A stretch of DNA of 32,000 nucleotides from Opitutales bacterium (GCA_049606355.1 JBMYVL010000011.1:1-32000); one strand, 5' to 3'; counted from the first letter of the stretch, positions 18,991 through 32,000 are shown. The notes: a model not told the origin generated them from the letters alone. Numbers and translations: made by a program.

Positions 18991-20288
18991 CTGTATTCTT
19001 CATTTTGCTGAGCCTTGGTCTTGCCGGTATCCTATGGCAGTACGTTCAAATAGTACGACGCACCGTGCGGGAGCTGCAGACGGCCTTACGCGAGCGTCGA
19101 CGCCTGCTGTTCACGGAGTCGTCATCACTGATTAAACGTTTGGGTCTCGAAGGGCTCGTCACGGAGGTCAATGCGCACATCGACCGATCGAACGCCTTCG
19201 CCGAAGAAACGGTCGGTTATTCCAATCAAATTGAGGCGACCTTAGGCTCGATTCAGGAAGCGGTCCTTATCTTTGACGGGGAGCGGACCATTGAATTCGC
19301 CAACGAGTCGGCGCAGCGGCTCTTTCGTCAAGGACGTCGCCTAAAGGGAGAGCGCTTGGAGTCGGTATTGCGTTCCAGTAGTTTGCTGGAGTTTTTGGAG
19401 CAGTATCAGCAAAATCCGAATGCACCACTCACGCAGGTAAGCGTGGAGCGTCGTGGAGAATCGCTCTGGTTTGAAGTGTCTTGTTCTCGGGTGTGTGTGG
19501 ATGCCGGGCAGCCGTCCAAGTCGACGCTGCTCGTGCTTCACGACATCACCCGCCTGAAAAGCCTCGAGATGGTACGCCGCGATTTTGTCGCCAATGTGTC
19601 TCACGAACTACGTACGCCGTTAACCATTATCAAGGGCTTCGCCGAGACGCTGGTGGCTGACAATGGCACACTTCCGGTGGCTGCGCGGGCCCGGTTTTTG
19701 GATAAAATCCTCAATAGCGCGCAGCGCTTGCATGTGCTGGTCGAGGATTTGCTGACCTTGTCGCGCCTGGAGTCGAAGCCGGAACAGATTGATACGAAGG
19801 TACAGTCCTTGCGGCAGGTATTGGAGGAAACTGCAGAAAATTATCGCGCTCGCTTAAACGGAACGGCGCAATCGATCGACATTGAGTACGACGAGCGGGT
19901 GGGGGATTTTGCCTTTGATCGCTTTCGCATTCAACAAGTTGTGGATAATTTGGTGGAGAATGTATTTCGCTACGCACCTGAGTTTACACGGCTTACGCTA
20001 AGGGTCGCCTACGACCCGAAACGCAAGCACGTGGCCTGCGAGGTACACGACGATGGTCCGGGCATTCCGAGTAAAGACCTGCCGCATATTTTCGAGCGTT
20101 TCTACCGTGTGGATAAGGGGCGTTCGCGCGAACGCGGGGGCACCGGACTCGGGCTCAGTATTATGAAGCACATCATACAGTTGCACGGTGGGCATGTCTC
20201 CGCGCAGAGTGAGCTGGGAGTGGGCACTCGCATCCATTTCCATCTGCCCTATGTGCAGCACCCGAAAGAGTTGACTGCTGCAGGCTAG
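18987..20288 (+). CDS. sensor histidine kinase, PhoR-like (single N-terminal TM, PAS, HisKA, HATPase_c)
   Basis: 433 aa. The start overlaps the regulator stop (ATGA). The H-box RRDFVANVSHELRTPLTIIKGF closely resembles PhoR. The N, G1 and G2 boxes are present (DNLVENVFRY, DDGPGI, GGTGLGLSI). Confidence 0.9.
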   Translation: MTVFFILLSLGLAGILWQYVQIVRRTVRELQTALRERRRLLFTESSSLIKRLGLEGLVTEVNAHIDRSNAFAEETVGYSNQIEATLGSIQEAVLIFDGERTIEFANESAQRLFRQGRRLKGERLESVLRSSSLLEFLEQYQQNPNAPLTQVSVERRGESLWFEVSCSRVCVDAGQPSKSTLLVLHDITRLKSLEMVRRDFVANVSHELRTPLTIIKGFAETLVADNGTLPVAARARFLDKILNSAQRLHVLVEDLLTLSRLESKPEQIDTKVQSLRQVLEETAENYRARLNGTAQSIDIEYDERVGDFAFDRFRIQQVVDNLVENVFRYAPEFTRLTLRVAYDPKRKHVACEVHDDGPGIPSKDLPHIFERFYRVDKGRSRERGGTGLGLSIMKHIIQLHGGHVSAQSELGVGTRIHFHLPYVQHPKELTAAG

Positions 20289-20336
20289 GGGACGGCGCTT
20301 GACCTTTTTGGGGCACGCAGTGCATAACCGCTGCCC

Positions 20337-20936
20337 ATGGAGATGTCAGACGGATACGCGAAGGAGTTGGAGAAGCAACGGCTCCGCAAAGCAGCTTTGT
20401 TGGAGGCCTGTGAGACGGCATTGGCGTCGACGGACCGCATTCTTTTTGAGGCGGGTTGCGGGCACGGGCACTGGTTGACGAGCTATGCGGAAGCGAATCC
20501 GCAGGAGACTTGCGTGGGGATCGATTTAATCTCGCACCGTATCCGCAAGGGGCAGGAGAAGTGTGCGAAACGCGGACTACAGAATGTACAGTTTATCAAA
20601 GCGGAATTGGGGGAGTTTTTAGAGGTGCTACCCGAGCGAATTCGATTCGACCGCACCGTGTTACTCTTCCCTGATCCGTGGCCGAAGGCGAGGCATCACC
20701 GCCGGCGGATGGTCCAGACCGAATTGTTGGATACGCTCGCAGCTCGTACCGATCCCGGCGGCTGGTTCTGCTTCCGGTCTGACGATCGTCCGTATTATGA
20801 GTGGACCGTGGAACTTTTGCAGGCCCATCCTTTATGGGAAATCGATGCGAGTGCCGGCTGGCCGCACGAAATGGAGACTTATTTCCAGAGCCTGATGTCG
20901 GACTACACCTCTGTAATTGCGCGCCGCTGCGACTAG
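20337..20936 (+). CDS. trmB: tRNA (guanine-N7)-methyltransferase
   Basis: 199 aa. It has the SAM-binding motif [11 protein letters not shown] and the TrmB signature [16 protein letters not shown]. Confidence 0.88.
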   Translation: MEMSDGYAKELEKQRLRKAALLEACETALASTDRILFEAGCGHGHWLTSYAEANPQETCVGIDLISHRIRKGQEKCAKRGLQNVQFIKAELGEFLEVLPERIRFDRTVLLFPDPWPKARHHRRRMVQTELLDTLAARTDPGGWFCFRSDDRPYYEWTVELLQAHPLWEIDASAGWPHEMETYFQSLMSDYTSVIARRCD

Positions 20937-21199
20937 AAAAGGTCGAGCCAAAGAATCAAGGCGAGCTGCGCGATCACTGCCACCGCGAAGAGGCTGTAAG
21001 TAAAAAGCAGAAACCAATCGGCAGCCAGCCGCCGTTCGCGCGCGCTTCGTGGTCTCGATGCAGGGCCTTCGCCGTCTGCCGGGAGAAAGCCACCGTCCCG
21101 CTCGCGCAGTTTGGTAATTTGATCGGTGAGATTGGGTGGGCTAACCATCGCTAGTAGTAGGGTGGGCGATTGCGCGTCGAGCGCAAGCCAAGAGACCAT
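20933..21199 (-). CDS. possible small tail-anchored membrane protein (hypothetical)
   Basis: 88-aa ORF with an ATG start. The C-terminus [27 protein letters not shown] is hydrophobic. It has no recognisable motif, overlaps the trmB stop by 4 nt (convergent), and is otherwise the only ORF in a ~400-bp gap. Weak support. Confidence 0.3.
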   Translation of the reverse strand: MVSWLALDAQSPTLLLAMVSPPNLTDQITKLRERDGGFLPADGEGPASRPRSARERRLAADWFLLFTYSLFAVAVIAQLALILWLDLF

Positions 21200-21315
21200 C
21201 GTCCCAAGTCATAAGAGTTATAAGATTAGCTAATCCTGTCCGCGGCAATGTAATTCAGAGATTGACGTGCAAATCCGCGCCCGCCATTAAAGTCCACTTT
21301 TTCGGCAGCCAGCCG
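21018..21315. repeat. 14-nt exact direct repeat TCGGCAGCCAGCCG (21018-21031 and 21302-21315)
   Basis: Read directly from the sequence. The copies bracket 270 bp containing the 5' half of the small ORF and the putative atp promoter. Confidence 0.9.
21262..21290 (+). promoter_or_regulatory. candidate sigma70-type promoter of the atp operon
   Basis: TTGACG (21262-21267), a 17-nt spacer, then CATTAA (21285-21290), about 50 nt upstream of the atpB GTG. Motif match only. Confidence 0.25.
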
Positions 21316-21342
21316 TTTGAAATCACCGATTAAACGTTCTGA

Positions 21343-22188
21343 GTGAACAAGTTATTCCCCACCATTTTTTTAACCGCAACCACGACCACCGCGCTGCAAG
21401 CAGGTGAGGGTGGCGTGAGCCCGTCGCCGTATCAGTTGACGGAAGTCCTGGGGCTACCGTTGACGAACTCGATTGTGACGACGTGGGCAATCTCGCTGCT
21501 ATTGATCGTAGCCATCCGATTGTTGGTCGGATCGCCGAAACTGATCCCCGGCAAGTGGCAGGCGGTACTCGAAAGCATTATCGATGGGCTCAAGGGGCTG
21601 CTGGAGCCGATTGTCGGCAAGAAAGCCTTTCCACTGACCTTTCCGCTCCTCATGGGGCTCTTTTTGTTCATCTTGATCCATAATTGGAGCGGCTTGATTC
21701 CCGGCGTGGGTGCCTTTGGTTTCTATGATGCCCAGGGCCACTTAAAGTATTGGATGCGCCCGGCCAATGCGGACCTGAATGCAACACTCGGCATGGCGCT
21801 GGTCGCAATGGGCGCCTGGCTCTTCATCAGTCTGCGGGTGGCAGGCGCGAAATTCTTTGTTTGGGAGTTGTTTGGCAACAAGGCCGACAAGAAGGAAACG
21901 CCGGCACCCATATACTTAATGCTGGCGCCGATATTCCTAATGGTGGGCGTCATTGAAATCGTTTCGATCTGCTTCCGCCCGGTTTCGCTATCGTTCCGCT
22001 TGTTTGGCAATGTCTTTGGTGGCGAGAACCTGCTGACGAGCATGACCGGCATGGCGCCGTATCTGGTACCGGTGCCCTTTTATTTCTACGAAGTCCTTGT
22101 GGGTGTCGTGCAGGCACTCATTTTCACTCTGCTGGTCGCGATCTATATCGGCCTGATGACCAACCACGACGAAGACCACGCACACTAA
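21343..22188 (+). CDS. atpB: F0F1 ATP synthase subunit a
   Basis: 281 aa with a GTG start. It has the conserved C-terminal helices with [13 protein letters not shown] (essential Arg) and is first in the atpBEFHAGDC order. The N-terminal ~20 aa look like a signal peptide (..TALQA/GEGG). Confidence 0.9.
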   Translation: MNKLFPTIFLTATTTTALQAGEGGVSPSPYQLTEVLGLPLTNSIVTTWAISLLLIVAIRLLVGSPKLIPGKWQAVLESIIDGLKGLLEPIVGKKAFPLTFPLLMGLFLFILIHNWSGLIPGVGAFGFYDAQGHLKYWMRPANADLNATLGMALVAMGAWLFISLRVAGAKFFVWELFGNKADKKETPAPIYLMLAPIFLMVGVIEIVSICFRPVSLSFRLFGNVFGGENLLTSMTGMAPYLVPVPFYFYEVLVGVVQALIFTLLVAIYIGLMTNHDEDHAH

Positions 22189-22264
22189 GCACTTTCCGTG
22201 TCCGTGACCATGTAGCAAATCGTGGGCGGCGCTGAAACCAACTAACAATCAACACAATACAATT

Positions 22265-22471
22265 ATGTTCGAAATCCTCGCAGAAATTACTGGTAAGATT
22301 CACGTCGCGGCGGCTGCCCTGGCAGTGCCCGTTGGCATTGGCTTGATTGGCCTGAAAGCCTGTGAATCCGTTGGCCGTAACCCGGAAGCCGCAACGAAGG
22401 TTCTGGTGCAGTCCATTATCGCGATGGCGTTTGCCGAAGCGATCGTGTTCTTCGCGATCTTCCTTGGCTAG
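22265..22471 (+). CDS. atpE: F0F1 ATP synthase subunit c
   Basis: 68-aa hairpin proteolipid. The loop is GRNPEA and helix 2 carries the carboxylate in AFAEAIVFFA. Confidence 0.9.
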   Translation: MFEILAEITGKIHVAAAALAVPVGIGLIGLKACESVGRNPEAATKVLVQSIIAMAFAEAIVFFAIFLG

Positions 22472-22490
22472 GCTGAACCTGAATGATTTT

Positions 22491-22540
22491 GCCGGCGACT
22501 CGGGGCATCTCCTGGAGTCGTCGGCATCTTTTAATTTTTT
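22491..22540 (+). terminator. intra-operon hairpin plus U-tract between atpE and atpF (attenuator or mRNA-stabilising 3' end)
   Basis: GCCGGCGACTC (22491-22501) pairs with GAGTCGTCGGC (22515-22525), an 11-bp stem with one G-U pair and a 13-nt loop. It is followed by ATCTTTTAATTTTTT (22526-22540). Confidence 0.45.
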
Positions 22541-22555
22541 CCTCCCGTACCCGCT

Positions 22556-23161
22556 ATGAAGGCTAGCACAGTCACCTTACTTTTTACGCTCTTACTTCCG
22601 ATGGCACTTTGTGCCGCCGCGCCACAAGAGGTGCCCGCAACGGAGGGTGTCATCGCCGACATCGCCGGGAAGTTTGGTGTGACATGGCCGACCTTGGTCG
22701 CGCAGATGGTAAACTTCATCTTGGTTGCGGCAGTTTTGTATAAATTTGCGGTGAAGCCCATTGCTGCGACGCTCGAAGAGCGCCAGCAGAAGATCGCCGA
22801 AGGCTTACAGTATGCAGAGGAAATGAAGACTCAATTGGCCGAAGCTGAGCGCGAGCGCGCCGAGAAGGTCAAGGAAGCGGCTGCGGAAGCGCAGCGCATC
22901 CTCAGTGAGTCACGCGAGCAATCCAAAGAGATGATCGAGCAAAAGACGCAAGAGGCGGCCGCACAAGCTGAAGCGATCATCCGCAAGGCCAGCGAAGCCA
23001 CGGAGCTCGAGCGCCAAAAAATGCTTTCCGACGTGCGTCAGGAAGTCGCCCGCCTCGTCGTCGCAACCACCGGCAAGGTACTGAGCCGCGATCTGTCCGA
23101 CAGTGAGAAGGCGAGCTTCTCCGATGCTGCGGCGAAGGAATTGGCCGGCACGCAAAATTAA
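22556..23161 (+). CDS. atpF: F0F1 ATP synthase subunit b
   Basis: 201 aa. It has a signal-like N-terminus, then the TM segment [18 protein letters not shown], then a long charged helix ([18 protein letters not shown]...). Its position in the operon fits. Confidence 0.85.
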   Translation: MKASTVTLLFTLLLPMALCAAAPQEVPATEGVIADIAGKFGVTWPTLVAQMVNFILVAAVLYKFAVKPIAATLEERQQKIAEGLQYAEEMKTQLAEAERERAEKVKEAAAEAQRILSESREQSKEMIEQKTQEAAAQAEAIIRKASEATELERQKMLSDVRQEVARLVVATTGKVLSRDLSDSEKASFSDAAAKELAGTQN

Positions 23162-23181
23162 TCGCTTAAGATTCGAACGAA

Positions 23182-23580
23182 ATGAAACGCGACAAGAAGA
23201 TCACCCAATTTGCCAAGAAGCTGGTCGAACTGTCTAAGGACAGCGAGGGCGTGGTGACGCGCGGCAAGGTGGACGAGGTCTTGGCTGGCTTGAAACAAGC
23301 CCAACCCCGCCACTATCTTCTGTTGCTTAAATCGTATCTGGAGTACATGCGACGCGCCATCGCATTACAAACCGCAGCAGTCGCGGCGCCCGCAGCACTC
23401 AGTGAGGATGCGCTGCACGCGATAGAGGCGCACTTTAGCCAAGTTTATGGCCGCGCCATCACTGCGACCACCCACACCGATGCGTCCTTAATTGCCGGAG
23501 TGCGCGTGCGCGTTGGCGATGACCTTTATGATGCTTCGATTGCCGGGCGCCTCAACCGCCTCGCCGAACAAGTTAACTAA
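23182..23580 (+). CDS. atpH: F0F1 ATP synthase subunit delta (OSCP), short form
   Basis: 132 aa. The C-terminal ...[26 protein letters not shown] matches the delta/OSCP C-terminal signature, and it lies between atpF and atpA. It is shorter than the ~175-180 aa I expect. Confidence 0.8.
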   Translation: MKRDKKITQFAKKLVELSKDSEGVVTRGKVDEVLAGLKQAQPRHYLLLLKSYLEYMRRAIALQTAAVAAPAALSEDALHAIEAHFSQVYGRAITATTHTDASLIAGVRVRVGDDLYDASIAGRLNRLAEQVN

Positions 23581-23624
23581 TCTTTTTACCCGAGTTCCTC
23601 AAAAACCTTTCAATAACTTTTCCC

Positions 23625-25169
<1,545 letters not shown>

Positions 25170-25207
25170 TTGATGCGCAGCACCCACGAACGGACGATTG
25201 AATTATA

Positions 25208-26107
25208 ATGGCTAATCTTCGCGATATCCGCCGCCGTATCAAGTCGGTCAAGAACACCCGACAGATCACGCGTGCGATGCAGCTGGTTTCATCGTCCAAG
25301 ATGAAGCGGGCGCAGGACGCTGCTGTGGCAGGTCGCCCCTACGCGCTATTGTTGGCAGATCTTCTGGATACCGTCAGCGAAAAGCTGGAGCTGTCGGGCG
25401 CCTCGCTGGCGCACCCATTCTTTGAAAAGCGTGAGGTGAAAACACGCGGGATCATTATTTTGTCGACGGACAAAGGGCTGTGCGGGCCGCTCAACACCAA
25501 TTTATTCCGCGAAATCATCGATCAGGTAAAGGGCGACGCGAAGTTCATTACTGTCGGACGCAAGGGCACCCAATTTATTTCGCGCAGCCAGCGCGATCTG
25601 ATGGCGGATTTTAACGTCTCCGATAAGGTGAGCTTTAACGAGATTCGCGCGATGCTGAAACTGGTCATCGATGCCTATAATAAGGGCGAAATCGACACGG
25701 TGGAGATTGCCTACCCAAGCTTCGTCAATGTTCTCGTGCAGGAACCCGTGCTCCAGAAGCTCTTGCCGATCGTCGATTTAGAAGAAGTTCTCGAGCAACT
25801 GAGCAAGCGCACCGGCGGGGAGAGCAACTCACTGGCTGCGCGCAGCGATGCCCGCGAGATGAGCTTTGAGCCGAGTGCGGAAGCGGTCTTGGCGGAATTG
25901 CCCAGCCACTACGTCAAGGTGATCATTCATCAATTGCTGCTTGAGAGTCGCGCCGCAGAGCACAGTGCACGCATGGTTGCCATGAAGGCAGCGACGGACA
26001 ATGCCTCGACGCTGATTGATGACCTTACCTTGGATTATAACAAGGCGCGTCAGGCAGCCATCACCCAGGAAATACTTGAAATCGCCGCGGCATCCGCAGC
26101 GCACTAA
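25208..26107 (+). CDS. atpG: F0F1 ATP synthase subunit gamma
   Basis: 299 aa. The N-terminus is [32 protein letters not shown] and the C-terminus is ...[16 protein letters not shown], canonical for gamma. Confidence 0.95.
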   Translation: MANLRDIRRRIKSVKNTRQITRAMQLVSSSKMKRAQDAAVAGRPYALLLADLLDTVSEKLELSGASLAHPFFEKREVKTRGIIILSTDKGLCGPLNTNLFREIIDQVKGDAKFITVGRKGTQFISRSQRDLMADFNVSDKVSFNEIRAMLKLVIDAYNKGEIDTVEIAYPSFVNVLVQEPVLQKLLPIVDLEEVLEQLSKRTGGESNSLAARSDAREMSFEPSAEAVLAELPSHYVKVIIHQLLLESRAAEHSARMVAMKAATDNASTLIDDLTLDYNKARQAAITQEILEIAAASAAH

Positions 26108-27574
<1,467 letters not shown>

Positions 27575-27617
27575 GCACTTCGGATAAGGGCCTAAACTTG
27601 TAACTTGCTCACCTTGT

Positions 27618-28028
27618 ATGCTGACACTCGAAATCATTACACCGGATGCTAAGGTCTTCAGTGCCGAGGCGGATCAGGTCGTGTTGCCGACCGAATCCGG
27701 CGAAACCGGCATTCTGACCGGCCACGTGCCCTTGGTGACCAAGCTGATCGCCGGTGAGCTGAAGGTGCTCAAAGGCGGCCAAGCGGACTTCATCGCGGTT
27801 GACCACGGTTTCGTAAAGGTGCTCGGCAATACCGTATCGGTGCTCACAGAAGCGGCCATCAATGTCAGTGAAATTGATCTCAGCGAGGTGGAGTCTGCGC
27901 AGGCGCGTGCCGAAGCAGCCCTCAAGCAGGCCGAACTCGAAGGAGCCGATCCTGCTGAGGTCGAACGCTTGACCTCGAGCGTTCGCTATCTCGTCGCGCA
28001 AAAGCTGGCCAAGGGCCGCCGTCGCTAA
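27618..28028 (+). CDS. atpC: F0F1 ATP synthase subunit epsilon
   Basis: 136 aa. [14 protein letters not shown]...[21 protein letters not shown] is the typical epsilon beta-sandwich, followed by a C-terminal helical hairpin. Confidence 0.9.
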   Translation: MLTLEIITPDAKVFSAEADQVVLPTESGETGILTGHVPLVTKLIAGELKVLKGGQADFIAVDHGFVKVLGNTVSVLTEAAINVSEIDLSEVESAQARAEAALKQAELEGADPAEVERLTSSVRYLVAQKLAKGRRR

Positions 28029-28050
28029 GCGCTCGAAGTAGTTTTCAAAA

Positions 28051-28080
28051 ACGCGATCCCGAGATGGGGTCGCGTTTTTT
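28051..28080. terminator. bidirectional rho-independent terminator between the convergent atpC and coaX
   Basis: ACGCGATCCC (28051-28060) pairs with GGGGTCGCGT (28066-28075), a 10-bp stem with one G-U pair and a 5-nt loop. It is flanked by AAAAA upstream and TTTTTT downstream, so it can act on both strands. Confidence 0.7.
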
Positions 28081-28131
28081 GGTTCGCGGACTGCGCACTT
28101 CAGATCGGCGGCGGAGCCGCTCTTGCACCCC

Positions 28132-28905
28132 TCAGCCTCCCTGCGCCCGCGCAAAGCCAACCGCCAGCCCTTGCAGGGTGAGGTGCTCGACGAATCGACT
28201 CTTGTCGGCCCAATCTTTGGTGAGGTTGGCAGTGCTGCCACCGGTCGAGAGCACGACCGGGGCGACCCCGTCACGCGCCTGCAGTTCCGCGGTGACGCGC
28301 GCGGTGAGCGCATCGATCATGCCCGTAAACCCGACGGCGACCCCCAACTGCATCGCATGTACGGTGGATTTGCCGATCGCCCCGTCGACATCGACCAGGT
28401 CTGCGGCCTGCAGCTCAGGGAGTAGGGCCGTCTGCTCGTGTAAATAGCGTGTCATGACCTGCAGCCCCGGCGCGATGATGCCGCCTTCGTAGCCTCTGCG
28501 GCTGACAATGTCGAAGGTCACCGCAGTGCCCATATCAATTACAATGGCGGGCGCTCCGTGGAAGGCTTGCGCGGCCAGTGCGTTCGCGAGGCGGTCCTCG
28601 CCGATTTCTGCCGGATTCGGGTAGACGAGCTCGAGGCCGCGGCAGCTGGCATGCGTTAAATGAAAGAGTGGCAGCCCGGTGCGATCGAGTGTGGCCTCCA
28701 ACTGAGCGTTCACGGCCGGCACAACTGAGCCAAAGGCAATCCCGTCGGCCTGTGCCAGCGCCGCGCTCACCTGATCCGCAAAAGCCGTTGCGGGCCCTTC
28801 GCGCAGCCAATCCGTAGGCGCCTCGCCGGTCGCCGACACGTGCTCGCCTTCGACCAGCCCGTAATGGGTGCTGGTGTTGCCGACATCAATACACAGAAGT
28901 TTCAT
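28132..28905 (-). CDS. coaX: type III pantothenate kinase (Baf family)
   Basis: From the ATG at 28905: [18 protein letters not shown]... (DxGNT motif), then ...[12 protein letters not shown].... The product is 257 aa and lies immediately downstream of birA, a well-known pairing. The track ORF's 39 extra N-terminal codons overlap birA and are rejected. Confidence 0.88.
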   Translation of the reverse strand: MKLLCIDVGNTSTHYGLVEGEHVSATGEAPTDWLREGPATAFADQVSAALAQADGIAFGSVVPAVNAQLEATLDRTGLPLFHLTHASCRGLELVYPNPAEIGEDRLANALAAQAFHGAPAIVIDMGTAVTFDIVSRRGYEGGIIAPGLQVMTRYLHEQTALLPELQAADLVDVDGAIGKSTVHAMQLGVAVGFTGMIDALTARVTAELQARDGVAPVVLSTGGSTANLTKDWADKSRFVEHLTLQGLAVGFARAQGG

Positions 28906-28927
28906 CGAGCGTTGCCGTAAAAAGAAG

Positions 28928-29983
28928 TTAGCCAGTGTGAGTGGTGTCGCGGGTGGTGGCAGGTGCTTTTTGGATTCGAACATCGCCCGCGTGGATCGAC
29001 TGTAAGCCTGCCGCGCCGTCAATCAAGAGTGCACCCTGCGCGTCAATGCCGCTGGCGATACCCGAGACCTCGCGCTCCCCGATCTGGGCGCTGACCCATT
29101 GACCCTGCAGGGAGTCGAGGGGTGCCCACGCCTCGGTTAATGCGGGGCTTGGCGCGTCCCCCAGGCAGACTTCGTAGGCTCGCTGGATGGCGTGGATCAC
29201 CTCTGCGGTGATGCGGTTGATCGGCAGTTCCTCGCCATGTAGCGCATACAGGCTCGTCGCGAGGCTGCGGAGCTCGGGCGGGAAGTCCATCGGGTTACAG
29301 TTGATGTTGATGCCGATACCAAAAACCAGCGTTTTTAGCCCATCCGCGTCCATCTTCGCCTCTGTAAGCATACCGGCGAACTTACGCCCCCCGCAATGCA
29401 GGTCATTCGGCCATTTGATTTTGAGGGGAGCCTTCGGGACAAATGCTTGCAGCACCCGGCAGATGTGAATGCCGGCCCACAGGGTAAAATGCTGCAATTG
29501 CTGCGCCGGGACCATCGGCTCAAAAACCACCGATAGGTAGAGATTGTCTGCCGATGCGCTGTACCAATCGCGCCGCAGGCGTCCGCGGCCTTTGGTCTGG
29601 CAGCTGGAAACGACTGCGAACGGACTGGGCTGCCCGTAAGAGACACGGCGCTCGGCCTCACTGTTGGTGCTGTCGATCGCGGGGAAGTACAAGACCTCCA
29701 TGGCGCCGGCAAGCGTCTGCTGATGATAGCTTAACAGCCCCGGATGCAGGATCGTTGGCAATTGGGTGAGTCGATAGCCACGGTTACGTACCGCTTCAAA
29801 GTCGAACCCCGCCGCGCGCAGCTTCTCCAGTTTGCCTTTGATGGCTGGCCGCGATACCCCGATCTGCTCGGCGAGTCGACTCCCCGACACGAATTCGCCC
29901 TCTGCTGCCAGTAGGGCATTCAGAATGAGCTGTTCGTCGGGGTCGGCGTGGAGTTGCCGATACGTTTCCTCGGTGGCAGTCAT
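28928..29983 (-). CDS. birA: bifunctional biotin--[acetyl-CoA-carboxylase] ligase / biotin operon repressor
   Basis: It has an N-terminal winged HTH ([41 protein letters not shown]) and a ligase core with [14 protein letters not shown] (GRGRxGR-type biotin-binding loop). ATG at 29983; the track start at 30031 is a TTG that overlaps nadC. Confidence 0.85.
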   Translation of the reverse strand: MTATEETYRQLHADPDEQLILNALLAAEGEFVSGSRLAEQIGVSRPAIKGKLEKLRAAGFDFEAVRNRGYRLTQLPTILHPGLLSYHQQTLAGAMEVLYFPAIDSTNSEAERRVSYGQPSPFAVVSSCQTKGRGRLRRDWYSASADNLYLSVVFEPMVPAQQLQHFTLWAGIHICRVLQAFVPKAPLKIKWPNDLHCGGRKFAGMLTEAKMDADGLKTLVFGIGININCNPMDFPPELRSLATSLYALHGEELPINRITAEVIHAIQRAYEVCLGDAPSPALTEAWAPLDSLQGQWVSAQIGEREVSGIASGIDAQGALLIDGAAGLQSIHAGDVRIQKAPATTRDTTHTG

Positions 29984-30018
29984 GTGCGTGTGTGAAGATG
30001 AAGTGGCCGCGCCTTCGC

Positions 30019-30951
30019 TTAGGTCTGCCAATCGAGGCCGATATCTTTCCAGCGGCTTTGGTGGACCGGTGCGCCGGTTGAGATGAAATCGAGCCCGAGT
30101 GTGCCCAGTTGTGCGAGCTTCGCTTGGGTAATGCCGCCACTGGCTTCAGTGCGAGCGCGTCCATCGATCAGTTGCAGCGCGGTTTGCAGGGCCTCGCTGG
30201 AAAAATTATCGAGTAAAATAATGTCCGCACCGGCATCGAGCACGGGAGCAATTTGTTCAACTTGATCGACCTCCACCTCGACCGGCAAGTCGCCGCAGGT
30301 GGCACGCGCCAGTTCGACCGTTTCGCTCAAGCGACTGCCTCCACTCGCGCCGGCGACGGCGAGGTGATTGTCTTTGAGCATAATGCGATCAAACAGCCCG
30401 ATACGGTGATTGTAGCCGCCGCCGCAGGCGAAGGCGTATTTTTGCAGGATGCGGTAGCCGGGCAAGGTCTTGCGCGTGTCCAGCAATGCGGTCGCGCTGT
30501 CGCCGAGTGCGCGGACGTAAGCCGCGGTTTCGCTGGCGATGCCGGAGAGGTGCTGCAAAAAGTTGAGTAGGATGCGTTCGGCCTGCAGAAGGCTTGCCGA
30601 AGGGCCGCTCAGGACGCCCAAGAGCTCGCCGCTGGCGGCGGTGGCGCCGTCGGCAAGCGCCGCTTCGAACGAACTGCCTTCGCCATAGGCATCCAGCACG
30701 ACCGGCACCATCCCGAGCCCACAAACGACCATGGGCTCACGGGCGCGCAGTTCCGCTCGGCCGTTGGCACCTTCCGGCATGAGTGCGGTGGTAACATCGC
30801 CGAGGCGCTGGGGCCGCATCGCCAGTCCGGCGCCCGCAAGATCTTCAATTTTGGCGAGGCCGACCAATTGGCGCAGGTAGTCGGGATCTAAGTCCTCCCA
30901 ACGGAGCCGGGAGAGCAGGGCGTCGGAATCAAATCGCGCAGTTGTGGGCAT
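30019..30951 (-). CDS. nadC: nicotinate-nucleotide (quinolinate) pyrophosphorylase, carboxylating
   Basis: 310 aa. It has [51 protein letters not shown] and EASGGI, the characteristic NadC motifs. Confidence 0.92.
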   Translation of the reverse strand: MPTTARFDSDALLSRLRWEDLDPDYLRQLVGLAKIEDLAGAGLAMRPQRLGDVTTALMPEGANGRAELRAREPMVVCGLGMVPVVLDAYGEGSSFEAALADGATAASGELLGVLSGPSASLLQAERILLNFLQHLSGIASETAAYVRALGDSATALLDTRKTLPGYRILQKYAFACGGGYNHRIGLFDRIMLKDNHLAVAGASGGSRLSETVELARATCGDLPVEVEVDQVEQIAPVLDAGADIILLDNFSSEALQTALQLIDGRARTEASGGITQAKLAQLGTLGLDFISTGAPVHQSRWKDIGLDWQT

Positions 30952-31070
30952 AGTGTCGTTACAAGTTCAGCAAGGGGCACACTGGGTGGCTTCTCAGGCG
31001 CGTGCAACTCATTATGCCGACCGCGCGATTCAGACTTGGCAGGCGCACGTGCCTAGGGCATGCACACATC

Positions 31071-31697
31071 ATGATCATGACTACCGTCGGGATTCTGATG
31101 CTCGTCGCGGCGATCGTCGCGCTGTACTGGTTCATGGTGCAGCAGGCCGCCGCTAAAATTACTGCGCAATACCACAAGCTCGCCGAGCGGTTCACGCTCG
31201 AGATCACCGAGGCGCAAGCGCAGCTGGCTGGATTCATTCGCCCGGAGCCCTTTGTGCACGGCGACTACCGCGGCCGCGAGCTCTCCATTTCGGTGCCGGG
31301 CAAGGGCCTGCAAAATACCCGACAAACGGAGACCGTCCTAAAGGTGGCGGTGCGAACCAGAGGCGACTTTGCCCTGCAAATGACTGCGAGTGGCATGCTG
31401 GGTCGCTTGCGCCAGCGTGATAGCGGGCAAAAGAAACGCTGGCTCAGCGGCGATCCGGAATTTGACCGAGCCATTGATGTGCGGACCAGCGATGGCGTAC
31501 GCCTTGCCATGCACCTGGATCGCACCAGCCAACAAGCCTTGGCCGCCTTGCTGCAAGGCAGTCGCGCGACGATCTATTTGGGGCAGGGCACACTCGCGTA
31601 TGCCGAGCTGGGTCTGATCGCGGGGGAGGCTCAGCGTGCGCGCTTCGAGCAGGCGGTGGAAGTGCTGTGTGATTGCGCGGAAACGTTCGAAGCCTAA
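31071..31697 (+). CDS. hypothetical protein with an N-terminal membrane anchor
   Basis: The ATG at 31071 gives MIMTTVGILMLVAAIVALYWFMV... followed by a soluble domain of ~180 aa with no motif I recognise. Alternative starts are 31002 (GTG), 31014 and 31077. Confidence 0.5.
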   Translation: MIMTTVGILMLVAAIVALYWFMVQQAAAKITAQYHKLAERFTLEITEAQAQLAGFIRPEPFVHGDYRGRELSISVPGKGLQNTRQTETVLKVAVRTRGDFALQMTASGMLGRLRQRDSGQKKRWLSGDPEFDRAIDVRTSDGVRLAMHLDRTSQQALAALLQGSRATIYLGQGTLAYAELGLIAGEAQRARFEQAVEVLCDCAETFEA

Positions 31698-31698
31698 G

Positions 31699-32000
31699 TC
31701 AGCGTGCCCGCTGCGTCTCGGCCTGATAAATCGAGCGCAGGGCTTCAAAGTCCGCCTCTTTGCTGCTGCTCCGCACTACATGGTCGTAGCGGTCGGCGTG
31801 CTCCATCTCCTCGAGCGCGACTTGCATCCGGCGCTGGATTTCGTCGTCACTATCGGTGCCGCGCCCACGCAGGCGCCGCTCCAGCTCCTCGAGCGTCGGC
31901 GGCAGGATAAAGACGCTGGCGATGCGGCCGTTGAGCAGCGCATCCGTCGCTGCGGTGGCACGCATTTGGGCGGCGCCTTGCACATCAATGTTTAGCAGTA
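31699..32000 (-). CDS. gmk: guanylate kinase, 3' portion (gene continues beyond the window)
   Basis: The frame is open to the window edge. It reads ..[13 protein letters not shown]...[32 protein letters not shown], the typical Gmk C-terminal half. The N-terminus with the P-loop lies outside the window. Confidence 0.85.
   Translation of the reverse strand, partial: LLNIDVQGAAQMRATAATDALLNGRIASVFILPPTLEELERRLRGRGTDSDDEIQRRMQVALEEMEHADRYDHVVRSSSKEADFEALRSIYQAETQRAR

Noticed and set aside
19940-19948. Perfect DnaA box TGTGGATAA inside the histidine kinase gene.
   Set aside because: It is a single isolated 9-mer within a conserved coding segment (VVDNLVEN). There is no neighbouring box and no AT-rich tract. 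A chance occurrence is plausible.

Overview
This 32-kb window is moderately GC-rich and compositionally patchy: hand-counted 60-nt lines range from about 45% to 80% GC. It is a bacterial chromosomal segment made almost entirely of core housekeeping genes. In order they are: an AbrB-type antitoxin/Doc toxin pair, gnd, an unknown membrane protein, dnaN, pssA preceded by a solo RelE/ParE-like gene, a long-form ispH, miaB, a GGCT/AIG2-like gene, an SGNH hydrolase, a degenerate SDR-like protein with a Lys/Ala-rich histone-H1-like tail, a HAD hydrolase, a small membrane protein, recA, mnmE-mnmG, a PhoB/PhoR-like two-component pair, trmB, a complete F1Fo ATP synthase operon (atpBEFHAGDC), coaX-birA-nadC, a hypothetical protein, and the 3' part of gmk running off the right edge. 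Start codons generally lack Shine-Dalgarno sequences. Together with the gene content, this weakly suggests a PVC/Verrucomicrobia-like or similarly SD-poor lineage (low confidence). I found no tRNA, rRNA, CRISPR array, transposase, integrase or phage genes, and no convincing new multi-gene (e.g. defence) system. I consider this an ordinary core region with a few local oddities. The best leads are: (1) two in-frame copies of the 14-bp perfect palindrome GTTCCACGTGGAAC inside mnmG; (2) a DnaA-box cluster plus AT-rich tract upstream of an isolated dnaN, a candidate oriC; (3) the SDR-like/H1-like fusion protein; (4) a solo RelE-like gene translationally coupled to pssA; (5) an IspH with about 200 extra N-terminal residues, of which the distal ~118 have no motif I recognise. 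Many long ORFs in the six-frame track are antisense shadows of real genes.
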